Source: a virus
Reading direction: 5' to 3' (one strand)
Virus record (IMG/VR): IMGVR_UViG_3300006175_000002
Span: 1 to 64,000 of that record
Length of the DNA stretch: 64,000 nucleotides
In this document: positions 36,799-46,176 of the stretch, one piece after another
Layout of the letters: each line of letters begins with the position of its first letter
How positions within the stretch are numbered: the stretch's first letter is position 1
Position numbers and translations under genes: made by a program
The notes under the pieces: generated by a model
Told to the model about the DNA's origin: nothing
Database searches by the model: none
The model's input: only the letters and a program-made list of their open reading frames with translations

Positions 36799-37080
36799 TC
36801 AGCGCCTCCGCCCCTGCGCGCCCGCCTCGGCCATCAACGCCTCCACCGACTGGTTACCGGAGCGTTGGCTTTTCAGTTCCTGCACCACATCGTCAATGAG
36901 AACGACCGCCCACACCTTCAACCGTGACTCGGCGTCGACCTGCGACGGTGTCCACCCGAACCGGTCGGCGCACACCCAGTACGGCAACGCCGTATCCAAC
37001 AGCTCCTCGAGCGGTCCGACCGGTGCCCGGATACCCCTGCGCCCCGCCAGCTGCGCTTTCAGCCGCCAGCGGGCCTGGTA
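36799..37080 (-). CDS. Tail assembly chaperone C-terminal frame (reached by -1 frameshift)
   Basis: ADRFGWTPSQVD motif; overlaps the chaperone 3' end in the -1 frame. Confidence 0.6.
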   Translation of the reverse strand, partial: YQARWRLKAQLAGRRGIRAPVGPLEELLDTALPYWVCADRFGWTPSQVDAESRLKVWAVVLIDDVVQELKSQRSGNQSVEALMAEAGAQGRRR

Positions 37081-37463
37081 GGGGTTCCGGGCTTGCCCGC
37101 GTCGTCGACGCTGACCTTCCCGTTGATCAACGCCATGATCGGGGTGACGGCGCCGATGATGACGGCGTAGTCGGGCATCCGGAGCTTCTCCAGCACGCCC
37201 GGCGCGTTCTCGGGGATCGGTACATCGTCGGCGAAGTACTCCGTCCCCCGCGGCCCGTACGGGATGCTCCACTTCTTCACCATCAGTTCGGCCATGGTGT
37301 ACACCATGTCCATGGCCATGCCGACCCGCGGGGCGCTGGGGTCACCGTTGACGCCCGCCATGACGCGGCGGTGGTCGGCGCCGGTCAGGTCTTCCGGGTC
37401 GTGGAATTCGACCCACCCGCCAGAGGGCAGGTCGATGCGTTCGGGAATGATGCGTGTTGCCAT
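37059..37463 (-). CDS. Tail assembly chaperone
   Basis: Between major tail and tape measure genes; LPSGGWV, WS..Y, ends ...PT. Confidence 0.75.
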   Translation of the reverse strand: MATRIIPERIDLPSGGWVEFHDPEDLTGADHRRVMAGVNGDPSAPRVGMAMDMVYTMAELMVKKWSIPYGPRGTEYFADDVPIPENAPGVLEKLRMPDYAVIIGAVTPIMALINGKVSVDDAGKPGTPTRPAGG

Positions 37464-37489
37464 AGTGCTGTCTCCTCCTGCGGTGGTGC

Positions 37490-38728
37490 TTAGTAGAACG
37501 GGTAGGTATTTGGAGCAGTCGCGTTCTGGATGGTGACGACCATCGGCCCGAACCCGGCCGACACGCCGGTGTTGGTGGTGTTAGCGATCGCCGCCCAGTT
37601 CGCGGCGTATTCCACGGCTGCCTTACCGCGCTGGATTTTCGAGTCGGTGAACGCGGCCAGCAGAACGTCGACCTGCATCGACAGTAGGCTGGAGCCGGCG
37701 AGCCCGTTGGAGATGATGAGCTGCAACTGTGGTTGCGTGTTGCTGTTGAGGTAGGTCAGGAACGTTTCGTTGTTCACGACCGCGTTCAGGGAGCCGCCGG
37801 CGGTGAGCCTGCCCCGCTGGATGAAGTACGGCGACTGGCTGTTCTGCGCCGTGTAGATCATTTCGAGTTCGCGGGTGAGGGTGAACGCGAAGTCGTTGAT
37901 CGTCAGGATCGGTGCGCCGGACACAGTGCCGGCCAAGCCGACCTGTGTCTCCCACGCCGGTTGCGCTTTGATCGCCGACGGGGACGACGCGAACGCCGCC
38001 GCCGACGCGGACGGCCAGCCCATGCCCTTCGCGGTGTAGTCGATCGACGATGACTCGACGGTGCCCTTGAACGCCAACTCCGAGAGGCACACACCCGGGT
38101 AGGCGCGGGTACCGGTCGATGAGGTCGGGCCCTGGTAATCGGTGAACGTGTGGCTCTTGGGCTGCGCGGAGCCGGTGTTGAGGACACTGAAAACAGTGGT
38201 GTACGGGGCGGTGATCGGCTTGACGACCACGCTGGACGAGTGGGCGTTGACGAGGGCGGTCGCGAACGTCACCGCGAACGGGCCGGCACCAGATACGCCG
38301 GTGGTGAGCCGAACCTCGCTGGCGGTACCGGTGTCGATCTGGATGAGAGTTCCGTTGGAGATCGACGCAACCGTGTTGATCGTGGTGGCGCCAATAGCGG
38401 AGGAGGAGCTAAGCGTGGTCGTTCCCGACCCCGTGTACGTTCCACTGTAGACAACATCGCCGAAGATGTTGGACAGGAAGTACGGGATCGTGTCGAAGAA
38501 CGCCGGGCCGCCGAAGTCGACTTCGGTGTGTTTGACGCCCTGGACCCGGTTGAACGGTTCCGTCATGGCACCGCGCAGCGCCTTGTCGTCGATCCAGACG
38601 GGCTGGTCGAACGGGTCGAACTTGTCGACGGGAACGGTGACGGTAGGGACGACCGCGGTGCCCTGTGTGGACTCGATGGCCACGCCTACGTGTTGGAGCG
38701 GTGAGGCATAGGTGGTGGGGTCAGCCAC
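37490..38728 (-). CDS. Major tail tube protein
   Basis: GVAIES.QGT.V.P; position in module; S/T/G-rich insertion. Confidence 0.8.
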   Translation of the reverse strand: MADPTTYASPLQHVGVAIESTQGTAVVPTVTVPVDKFDPFDQPVWIDDKALRGAMTEPFNRVQGVKHTEVDFGGPAFFDTIPYFLSNIFGDVVYSGTYTGSGTTTLSSSSAIGATTINTVASISNGTLIQIDTGTASEVRLTTGVSGAGPFAVTFATALVNAHSSSVVVKPITAPYTTVFSVLNTGSAQPKSHTFTDYQGPTSSTGTRAYPGVCLSELAFKGTVESSSIDYTAKGMGWPSASAAAFASSPSAIKAQPAWETQVGLAGTVSGAPILTINDFAFTLTRELEMIYTAQNSQSPYFIQRGRLTAGGSLNAVVNNETFLTYLNSNTQPQLQLIISNGLAGSSLLSMQVDVLLAAFTDSKIQRGKAAVEYAANWAAIANTTNTGVSAGFGPMVVTIQNATAPNTYPFY

Positions 38729-38731
38729 GGG

Positions 38732-39100
38732 TCAGCCCTCCTTCGGGTGCTCGTCGACGTCGCCGCGGGCCTTGGCGGCCTCGGCTTCGGTCGGTTCGGG
38801 GCGGTAGTTGTCCGGCAGGGTGTTCACCGGTTCGTCGGTGGTGGTCCAGCAGCCGTCGCCCATGCCGGGGTCCGACGGCCAGGAGATGATCGTGCCGGTC
38901 GTGGCGGTGACGGGTACCTGGCTGTAGATGCGGTCCGGGCCGGTGTAGGCCCAGTGGGGCCAGGTGCCGTCGGCGCCCCACCCGTTGGAGTCGGGCTCCG
39001 GCTGGTCGGGCGTGGCCGGCGTTGGGGTGGGTTCGGTGGTGGGTGGGGTGCCCTCGGGCTCGACCTCGGGCGGGGGTGTAGCGGCCGGCTGGGTCGGCAT
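38732..39100 (-). CDS. Acidic Pro/Thr-rich hypothetical protein
   Basis: SD AAAGGAG; YTG..R.Y motif. Confidence 0.6.
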   Translation of the reverse strand: MPTQPAATPPPEVEPEGTPPTTEPTPTPATPDQPEPDSNGWGADGTWPHWAYTGPDRIYSQVPVTATTGTIISWPSDPGMGDGCWTTTDEPVNTLPDNYRPEPTEAEAAKARGDVDEHPKEG

Positions 39101-39148
39101 CGGGCAACTCTCCTTTGGGCGTGTTCGACATGCGGTACGGTGGGCGGC

Positions 39149-39520
39149 ATGGAGGAGTCAACGAAAGAGTTCGAGCAACTACATGCCAAAGTCGATTTCC
39201 TGCGCGCCGCGCTGACCCACGAGGCCAGCCAGGTTGATGCGGACGACAAGGCTTTTGTGTTGCTCGCGTTGGTTAACCAGATCGTCACCGATTGCCAGTT
39301 GCTGGCGGTCGCGGCCGGCCGGGTCGGACCGTGGGCGCCGATCTTCGATCGGATCGGGTCTGTGTTCGCGTGTGAGGACCCGCGCCCGCACTACCACTCC
39401 GATGGGCTGCGCGGCCCGTATCGGATTTGTGTGGAGCCGTCGCAGGGTTGCTACCAGGGCAACGGGTTCATGGTTCACAACTCGGCCACGTGCCAGTGCG
39501 TTCGGAGGCGATCGCGGTGA
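39149..39520 (+). CDS. Hypothetical protein (inverted insert)
   Basis: Leaderless TACGGT-N7-ATG; C/H-rich C-terminus. Confidence 0.55.
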   Translation: MEESTKEFEQLHAKVDFLRAALTHEASQVDADDKAFVLLALVNQIVTDCQLLAVAAGRVGPWAPIFDRIGSVFACEDPRPHYHSDGLRGPYRICVEPSQGCYQGNGFMVHNSATCQCVRRRSR

Positions 39521-39789
39521 GCCAGGATCGGGAGATTCGTAACGTCTCAGTGTCGATCTTCGTGCAGGCTCGGGACGGTTGGTACCGGTGGACCTGCAAC
39601 CGGTGCGGCTACCGGTCAGACCCGGAGCCCGGCGACGGCAGTTCGGCCACGCAGGCGGTCATGGCGCACTACGAACCGCCCGGCTGCCCGGGGCCGCTGC
39701 CATTCGCGCCGCCCTCCGTAAAGCCGTGGCGCGCCTGGCTGAATCGGCTGTTCGACCGCCTCGACCACTGGTTGGGGCTGCCGTCATGA
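39517..39789 (+). CDS. Zn-ribbon hypothetical protein
   Basis: W.C.RCG...A..H; GTGA overlap. Confidence 0.55.
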   Translation: MSQDREIRNVSVSIFVQARDGWYRWTCNRCGYRSDPEPGDGSSATQAVMAHYEPPGCPGPLPFAPPSVKPWRAWLNRLFDRLDHWLGLPS

Positions 39790-40088
39790 CCGCCGTCGTT
39801 CAGGTCAACGTCCCAGCCCTGTACGCCGCCCTCGACCAGACGCGGGAGCAACGCGGCCTCACCTGGCGGCAAGTCGCGATCCAATTACAAATCAGCCCGT
39901 CCACGTTCAGCCGCATGTCCGAGGGCGGCAAACCCTCAGCGGACATCTTCGTGTCATTGACATCATGGCTGCGTCAGCCGGCGGAAACGTTCACGATCGG
40001 CTCAGTCGACCCGAGTGCTACCAGTAGTGTCGGCGCCCACCGACCGGGCGACCGACCGAACCCAACACGAACAGTACCCCGCCGATGA
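39786..40088 (+). CDS. XRE-type HTH protein
   Basis: LYAALD..R..RGLTWRQVA..LQISPSTFSRM..G.KPS. Confidence 0.75.
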   Translation: MTAVVQVNVPALYAALDQTREQRGLTWRQVAIQLQISPSTFSRMSEGGKPSADIFVSLTSWLRQPAETFTIGSVDPSATSSVGAHRPGDRPNPTRTVPRR

Positions 40089-40173
40089 TCAGCAGGATCA
40101 CCCCGATAGTCCAGAAGATCGGAATCCCGAGCAGGAACCCGATCACCATGAGGATGATACCGAGAGTGATCAC
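40018..40173 (-). CDS. Small two-TM protein (DUF6131-like)
   Basis: Manual translation MITLGIILMVIGFLLGIPIFWTIGVILLIIGGVLFVLGSVGRPVGGRRHYW. Confidence 0.7.
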   Translation of the reverse strand: MITLGIILMVIGFLLGIPIFWTIGVILLIIGGVLFVLGSVGRPVGGRRHYW

Positions 40174-40194
40174 AACTGGCCTTCCCCTTGCGTC

Positions 40195-40551
40195 TTACTT
40201 GCCCAGCGTGCGGATACCGATAGCTATAGCCAGAAGCGCAGCCAACCCCGCTATCACCGCCAGCAGCTTCTGCACCGGCGACCACGTCCGTTCCACCTGC
40301 GCCCGACGGGCCTCGTCGGCGTCCTTCAACGCCTTCGCGGTCGCGATCACCGTCGCCGCGTTCGCCTCAGCCTGATCCGCGAGGCGTTGCACCGCCAACG
40401 TCAACTCATGCATCTCGCGGGCAATATCGGCCAACGAACCGTTGATGGCTGCGAAGTGCTCGTCGTGGCCGGCGAGACGAGTCGCGATCTCGCCGGCCAC
40501 CACTCCCGCTTCATGGCCCCGACCGTAGGCGTCCTCGTCGCTGGCTGTCAC
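40195..40551 (-). CDS. Coiled-coil protein with C-terminal TM segment
   Basis: GTGA overlap; hydrophobic C-terminus. Confidence 0.6.
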   Translation of the reverse strand: MTASDEDAYGRGHEAGVVAGEIATRLAGHDEHFAAINGSLADIAREMHELTLAVQRLADQAEANAATVIATAKALKDADEARRAQVERTWSPVQKLLAVIAGLAALLAIAIGIRTLGK

Positions 40552-41057
40552 GCCTGGATCTCCTCGACGATTTCGCACGTGATCGCCGCGTCGTACCGCC
40601 ACAACGCCTGATCCGCGACAGCCCGCGGCGGCGGCATCGTCGACGACAACCGCTCACCGACGGCCAGCAGTTGCGACAGTTGCCCGGTCACCGGATCCAT
40701 CGCATGGTCCGCGGCCTGGACCAGCGGCGCGTTCCGCAGCACCGCACACACAAAATCCACAATGGACGGGAACTGAAGGTCGACGTTGGGTTCGTCGAAC
40801 TGCCCGAACCACAACAACCACACGTCGATCTGCCACGTCAACTCTTTCAACCCGCCGGAGGACAGGACACCCGGCCGGGCCCGCGGGACCGCCTTACGCA
40901 CCTCGTCGTGGTGGGAGCCGTAAATGTAGGCACCAGCGTTCGCGGAGTCGTTGGCCGGCAACGGCATGATGAACGCCTCCAGCTGGCCGAGGCCGAGCGG
41001 AAGGTTCAAGCCGTTCAGTTGCGTGTACAGGTACTGCTGGCAGGTGTTGAGCGGCAT
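40548..41057 (-). CDS. Putative tail terminator / neck protein
   Basis: Position and size in the head-tail region. Confidence 0.5.
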   Translation of the reverse strand: MPLNTCQQYLYTQLNGLNLPLGLGQLEAFIMPLPANDSANAGAYIYGSHHDEVRKAVPRARPGVLSSGGLKELTWQIDVWLLWFGQFDEPNVDLQFPSIVDFVCAVLRNAPLVQAADHAMDPVTGQLSQLLAVGERLSSTMPPPRAVADQALWRYDAAITCEIVEEIQA

Positions 41058-41065
41058 GGGTGGGC

Positions 41066-41260
41066 TACCCCCTTCGGCTCCTGGGCTTCCACCCGGTACG
41101 AGCTATCCAATCTCTCGTTGCCTTACGCGCGCACGTTCGACATGAACGGCCACCTCTTGGAAGAATGTAAGTATTCTCCGTGTCGTAGGGGTGGCCTTGG
41201 GGGCAGTGAGTCTTCCGACTGTTGTTGCCCCACGGGGAAACTCCGCGGTCGGTGTTTCAT
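41066..41260 (-). pseudogene. Remnant of an HNH endonuclease C-terminal Zn domain
   Basis: N..RG...KTHCPQGHPY..ENTY...R.CR.C reading frame with an upstream in-frame TGA and no start. Confidence 0.65.
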
Positions 41261-41280
41261 GGGCCCTTGCGACAGGTTCT

Positions 41281-42234
41281 CTACAAAAACCTGCCGTAGC
41301 TGTGTATGAGTTCGTACGCGAGCTTCATCAACTGCTCCGCGGTCTGCGGGCCCCCGCCGGCCGCGCCACCCGACGTGGACTGCACCACTGTTGCCGTCGA
41401 CCCCCGCTGCAACGCCTGCGCCACCGCGATGTAGATCGCCGCCTGCATCAGGCCCTCAGGCATCGTCGTCACCAGAACGCCCGGGTCGTGGGGGAACGCG
41501 GTCGCGGTCGCCAGCGTCAGCGTCCCCGGACCAGATGAGGCGCCCGTGGTCGTCGGTGTCACCGCCGACACGGTTACGAACTCCTGGGACCCGCCCACGT
41601 CGTAGATGTTTGCCCCGGCCCCGGCTGCCCATCCGACGATGTCCGAGACAGTCAGCGACGTTGCCCCGACAGCCGCCGCCGCGGTCAGGGAGGTGTGCGG
41701 CCATCCGGACGTGTACGTGACCTCGATCGTGATGCCCTGCCGGCCACCCCACCACCACGACAGCCAGCCCGGTGCGACGAGGATCGCTTGCCCGCCGTCA
41801 CCAGCCGCCGACGGGGCTACCCCGCTGATCGGCTGCTCGGGGCGGAACTGGTCGGCGGGGATCGTCTGCCACTGCGGCGGGAACGCCCCGGTGGGGGTCG
41901 ACCGGCCGCTGACGATGCCGGTGACCGGGGTGGCGGAGGTGAGGAGCCGCCCAACCCCCGTGTTGACGTTGACGTTGCAGCGGAACGAGCCGGGCCCGAC
42001 GAACGTTTCCACGTTCAGCGCCGCCCGCAGCACCTGGTTCGCGTTCGACTCGAGGATCGCGCTGGCGCGGGCGCAGATGTTCATCTGCTCGTTCAGTTGC
42101 TGCTCTGTGGTGGCGCCGCGGTTGGGGATCGTGGCCCAACTGATCCCGGTCACCGACGCGCGGAGCACCGCTGGTGTGATGTAGGGGGTGCTGGGGCCGA
42201 TGATCGCTACCCCGGCGGGGTTGTCCGTGCCCAC
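41281..42234 (-). CDS. Head-to-tail adaptor
   Basis: PYIT...L; RAS..; V.Y..GW; P..L.QA; L...Y.R. Confidence 0.7.
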   Translation of the reverse strand: MGTDNPAGVAIIGPSTPYITPAVLRASVTGISWATIPNRGATTEQQLNEQMNICARASAILESNANQVLRAALNVETFVGPGSFRCNVNVNTGVGRLLTSATPVTGIVSGRSTPTGAFPPQWQTIPADQFRPEQPISGVAPSAAGDGGQAILVAPGWLSWWWGGRQGITIEVTYTSGWPHTSLTAAAAVGATSLTVSDIVGWAAGAGANIYDVGGSQEFVTVSAVTPTTTGASSGPGTLTLATATAFPHDPGVLVTTMPEGLMQAAIYIAVAQALQRGSTATVVQSTSGGAAGGGPQTAEQLMKLAYELIHSYGRFL

Positions 42235-42264
42235 AGCACACCTCCCTCGTTGGCTCGTTGCAGG

Positions 42265-42762
42265 TCAGGGCCGGGTACGTGGCCGGCCTGGGCCGCGCTT
42301 CTCCGGCACGCTGTCCGCAGGTACGTCGGACCCGTCGTCGCCGACCGGCTGCGTGGCTGTATCCGCCTGGCTGGCCAGCAGCATCCCGGTCAGCGCTGCC
42401 CGTTCCTCTGACGACAGGGCCGCGATCTGGGCCAGCAGCGACGGCGCCTCAGCCGGCGCCTGCGAGCCGGTGATCTTCGCGAACTCGGCGGCGAGGGAGC
42501 TGGGGTCGCCCCACGTGCGGTTGCGGCGCCGGTCCGCGTCCCGCTCCGCCCGCTCCGTCTCCGCGATCTCGTCCGGGGTGAGGGCCACCCCTTCCGGGGT
42601 CACCGCGGCGCCGGTCTTCATCGCCAGGATGATCGGCTCACACTTCTCGCACACGACTTCGCCGCGCTCGCCGGCGGGTCCGCCGTCGTGGGGTTCGCCG
42701 CAGCCGCCCCGCTCGACGGGGACGGTGATGCTCAGGTGATCGGTGGGTAGGAAGACGCTCAC
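42265..42762 (-). CDS. Hypothetical head-region protein
   Basis: CG..H...C..CE; ends in AT-hook-like KRGPGRPR. Confidence 0.6.
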   Translation of the reverse strand: MSVFLPTDHLSITVPVERGGCGEPHDGGPAGERGEVVCEKCEPIILAMKTGAAVTPEGVALTPDEIAETERAERDADRRRNRTWGDPSSLAAEFAKITGSQAPAEAPSLLAQIAALSSEERAALTGMLLASQADTATQPVGDDGSDVPADSVPEKRGPGRPRTRP

Positions 42763-43043
42763 GTCGACTCCTCCAGTGTTGTGGCGGCGCCGCAGCGTCC
42801 GCAGATCTTCGTCCATACGTTCCATAGCCGCGCCGGTTGGCACGACCGGCACCACCGGCCCCGGCGGGTACCGAGGTGGTGCTGTTCCCTCGCCACGATC
42901 ACCCCGGAGCCCTGGTACCAGGACTTCTGGATCGTGTCCACGTGCCGGTCGGCGACCTGCACAGTGCCACGCCGGTCAGCGTCGTAGCGGCGCCCGTCCG
43001 GGAAGTCGATACCGGTGCAACCCGGCGGCAACGCCACCCGCAT
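42759..43043 (-). CDS. Zn-ribbon hypothetical protein
   Basis: LPPGC; C..C...C.RCG. Confidence 0.6.
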   Translation of the reverse strand: MRVALPPGCTGIDFPDGRRYDADRRGTVQVADRHVDTIQKSWYQGSGVIVAREQHHLGTRRGRWCRSCQPARLWNVWTKICGRCGAATTLEEST

Positions 43044-43068
43044 AGTTCTCTCCTCCTCTGAGAAGCGG

Positions 43069-43338
43069 TCAGGTCTGGAGCACGCTGACTGTGGATGTAC
43101 TCGACGCCGTGATGGCGTACAACGCGTCGCCCGGGTAGAGGGGAATGTTGACGCTGGACGAGGTGGCCAGCGAATAGCCGGTCCCCGACGCGACGTGCGC
43201 GCCGCCGAGGAGAACAGCGGTGCCGGAGCCGTTGGCGACGAGGACGTTGCCGACCGGCCCAGGCGCCGAAGAGTTCGGCACCTGGGCCAGCAGCACGGCT
43301 GTCGTGCCCACGGTGTACTGCTGCGACCCGACAGCCAT
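43069..43338 (-). CDS. Small beta-rich virion protein
   Basis: Follows the capsid genes; LGG..V...G..L...LYAI. Confidence 0.55.
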   Translation of the reverse strand: MAVGSQQYTVGTTAVLLAQVPNSSAPGPVGNVLVANGSGTAVLLGGAHVASGTGYSLATSSSVNIPLYPGDALYAITASSTSTVSVLQT

Positions 43339-43343
43339 CGACG

Positions 43344-43880
43344 TCAGCCGACCAGTCGGCCGATGAGCTGCGCGGCGTACACGGAGCTGGCGGTGGCGTT
43401 ACCGACCGCGTTCACCGTCACCGACGTGGACCCGTCCAGCACCGCAATGACTGGCCCGAACGGCACCGACCCGACCGCGCCGGTGGTGCTGATCAGACCG
43501 AACGGGATGTTCGTCAGAAGGGTCGTGGAACCCTTCTTGAGGTTGAAGTTGTGAGAGTCGGCGGCGACGACGGTGGTACCTGAGATTGCCAGGGTGCCGC
43601 TGATCTCGTACGTGCCCGCCGCCGGTGTGGTCAGCGTGGCAATGGCGGTACCGGCGGTCGGTGCCGCCGCGGTCGCGCTGTTCTGGACGGTGGCGGCCTG
43701 GTCGCGGTACTGGCCGACCCCGGCGTAGAACACGCCACCGCTGGCGCCGATCGACTTGACCGCGTTCCCGGACGTGTCCGACTCCGCGACCAGTGCGGCG
43801 GTGATCCCCGCCGCCGGCTGAATGAAGCCACCTGTGACTGGGCTGTCTGAGCCCTGTGCGATGAAATTGGTGTTGGCCAT
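43344..43880 (-). CDS. Putative capsid decoration protein
   Basis: A/T/G-rich beta-sandwich composition. Confidence 0.5.
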   Translation of the reverse strand: MANTNFIAQGSDSPVTGGFIQPAAGITAALVAESDTSGNAVKSIGASGGVFYAGVGQYRDQAATVQNSATAAAPTAGTAIATLTTPAAGTYEISGTLAISGTTVVAADSHNFNLKKGSTTLLTNIPFGLISTTGAVGSVPFGPVIAVLDGSTSVTVNAVGNATASSVYAAQLIGRLVG

Positions 43881-43881
43881 G

Positions 43882-44181
43882 TTACGCCGCCAACACTGCG
43901 GTCGTCGCGACCGTGATCGAGATCGGTGCCGTCAGCGACGTGTCCGCCCTGATGACATCCGTCACGATCGACTGCGTGAGCTGGTTCGCCGCACGGATCG
44001 TTGTCTGCGGCCAGTAGATCGTGACCGTGCCCGACGCGTTCGTTGCCGTCGCGTTCGTGTCCGATACCGACAGGATCGGTAGTCCGTTGAACTTCGCGGC
44101 GATCGTGTCCCCGTCACCGCTGGACGCGGCCACGACTGTGACGACTGTGCGCCACGTGGCCGTCCCCGAAATCAAACTCAT
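43882..44181 (-). CDS. Hypothetical virion protein
   Basis: Directly after the major capsid gene. Confidence 0.55.
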   Translation of the reverse strand: MSLISGTATWRTVVTVVAASSGDGDTIAAKFNGLPILSVSDTNATATNASGTVTIYWPQTTIRAANQLTQSIVTDVIRADTSLTAPISITVATTAVLAA

Positions 44182-44275
44182 GGTTCCTCACTTCGCATTT
44201 TGCCCGCCCACACCGGCACGGCCCGCTTTCCAGACGGGCCGCGCCGGCAATGGCTGTTTGGTGTGTGGGGACGGT

Positions 44276-46150
44276 TCAGGACCAGGTGCCGGTCGACCCG
44301 GAACGGTCGCTGGCCTGGATGCCCTGAAGGATCGCCGAGTACTGCGGCGCGTTCGCAACGACCGCGCCGTAGGTGAACATCGAGTACCGGAACGTCGCGT
44401 CGATGACCGGCCACGAGATCGACAGGTAGTCCTGGACCAGGTTCACCTCGAACGCGTTGCCCACGTTCGACCAGCCGAACGGCAGGTTGTACGACATCAG
44501 CAGAACGGTGCCCTGCGGGAACCACGGGTGGACCAGGATCCGCACAATGCTGCGCGTAACCGGGTTGACGAACTCGCTGACCGCCGCACCAGCCCGGACG
44601 CCGGGGGTGTCGGTCGGCTGAATGAACAGCCGGTAGTTCGTCGCGTTGCCCGACTGCACGATGTCGTCGGAGAGACGCATGATGTCGCCGCCCTCACCGA
44701 CCAACTCGGCCGGGTCGGCGCGGAACGCGCCGGAGCCGTCGTAGACACCCTTCAACGCGTTGTTGATGACCGAAATGCCGAGGGTGTCGCCCACGGACTG
44801 GTTGATGTAGCCGCCCTGCCAACCGGTCGGGTAGATGTTCCCCGCCGAGTGACCGGAAATGACCGACACCAAGCCCTCCTGGCTGTACGCCGAAGAGGTA
44901 CCTGTGTCCGACGACGGGGCCAGCGTGCCGGTGGTTGGTACCGCACCCTGCAAGGTGTAGTTCAAACCGCCGACCTTGGACACCATGATGTGGTAGGTGC
45001 TTGCCGCCGGGGCCGAACCCACCGACACGTAGATGTTGTACCAAAGCGCCCCGGCGACCGGTGCGATCTGCACATCCACCACGCTCGTGCCGGACGTCAC
45101 GGACGACGCGGCAGCAGCAGTCGACACCGCAGTCTCGCCGAACCATGTGGCGGCCGACACCTTGACGTCGAGGATGTTGCTCGTGATCGTGCCCGACAGC
45201 GCCGTCTCACCGGAGTTCGCGGCGCGGGTTGTCACGGTCGGGGCCGAAGGAGTGGTCAGCGCGGTGGAGGTACCCGCGATGTCCATGTACTCCTCGCCGA
45301 GCATGAACTCCTGCAAGAGGATGAGGTTCGCCAGGCCGGCGACGTCCTCGAAGCCCTGACCGGCGAACTGGGCCAGCCACGACACGTTCTCAGACAGACC
45401 GCTGAACCGGTACGGGACGAGGATGTTCACGGAGTCCTGCACACCCGATGGGGGCAGGTTCAACGGCCAGTTGTTCATGTTCGGTGAGCCGGACACCAGC
45501 TCGGGGATACCGAGGTTGACGACCTGACCACCGCTGGATCCGGTCTGGCTGCCGGAGATCCCGGTAACGACCTTCTCTTGGTACGAGGTGCCCTGACCCT
45601 GGGTGCGGGGCAGCTTGTTCCGGAACGGCGTGTACACCGGGTAGATCAGCCGGGTCGGTGCGACCAGGTTGTACGGCACGAGGCCGGTCGCGTTCGGGGC
45701 GGTGAGGGTGAAGTTCTTGCCGGTGAACTGCGTCAGTTGCTGCTGCAACTGGGCGGTCCACGCGTCCATCATGGCCTGCTGCGGCGTGTTCCCGAGGAAC
45801 GACCCGAAGCCCTTCCGGAATTCGGGGGTGAGGGTCTTGTAGACCTCACCGGGCGCGGCGAGGCTGCTGCGGACCGCGGCCTTCCACGCCTTCTCGGCCC
45901 GCATCGCCCGGGAGAACACCTTCTCCGGGTCGGTGAGTGGCTGGTTCGCGCCGGGGTTGATACCGCCGACGTACGCCTTGTCGGTGACGGCGTACCCGGC
46001 ACCCTTGACGAGGGTTGTCATGGCCTCGGTGAGGCGCTGCGCGGCGCGGCTGGGGGTGCCCGGGTCCTCACCGAACCCGCCGGTGATGGCGTAGTCGGGG
46101 TCCAGGCCGGTGGCCGCGGGCGCGACCACCGTTGCGACGTCTGTACTCAT
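44276..46150 (-). CDS. Major capsid protein with N-terminal delta region and FN3-like insertion
   Basis: Follows the protease; YNL.AP...YPV.TPFRN.LPR, M..EE...G.., I..HPW.PQG. Confidence 0.85.
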   Translation of the reverse strand: MSTDVATVVAPAATGLDPDYAITGGFGEDPGTPSRAAQRLTEAMTTLVKGAGYAVTDKAYVGGINPGANQPLTDPEKVFSRAMRAEKAWKAAVRSSLAAPGEVYKTLTPEFRKGFGSFLGNTPQQAMMDAWTAQLQQQLTQFTGKNFTLTAPNATGLVPYNLVAPTRLIYPVYTPFRNKLPRTQGQGTSYQEKVVTGISGSQTGSSGGQVVNLGIPELVSGSPNMNNWPLNLPPSGVQDSVNILVPYRFSGLSENVSWLAQFAGQGFEDVAGLANLILLQEFMLGEEYMDIAGTSTALTTPSAPTVTTRAANSGETALSGTITSNILDVKVSAATWFGETAVSTAAAASSVTSGTSVVDVQIAPVAGALWYNIYVSVGSAPAASTYHIMVSKVGGLNYTLQGAVPTTGTLAPSSDTGTSSAYSQEGLVSVISGHSAGNIYPTGWQGGYINQSVGDTLGISVINNALKGVYDGSGAFRADPAELVGEGGDIMRLSDDIVQSGNATNYRLFIQPTDTPGVRAGAAVSEFVNPVTRSIVRILVHPWFPQGTVLLMSYNLPFGWSNVGNAFEVNLVQDYLSISWPVIDATFRYSMFTYGAVVANAPQYSAILQGIQASDRSGSTGTWS

Positions 46151-46176
46151 GAAGTGCCCTTTCGGGTGCGCGTTCG

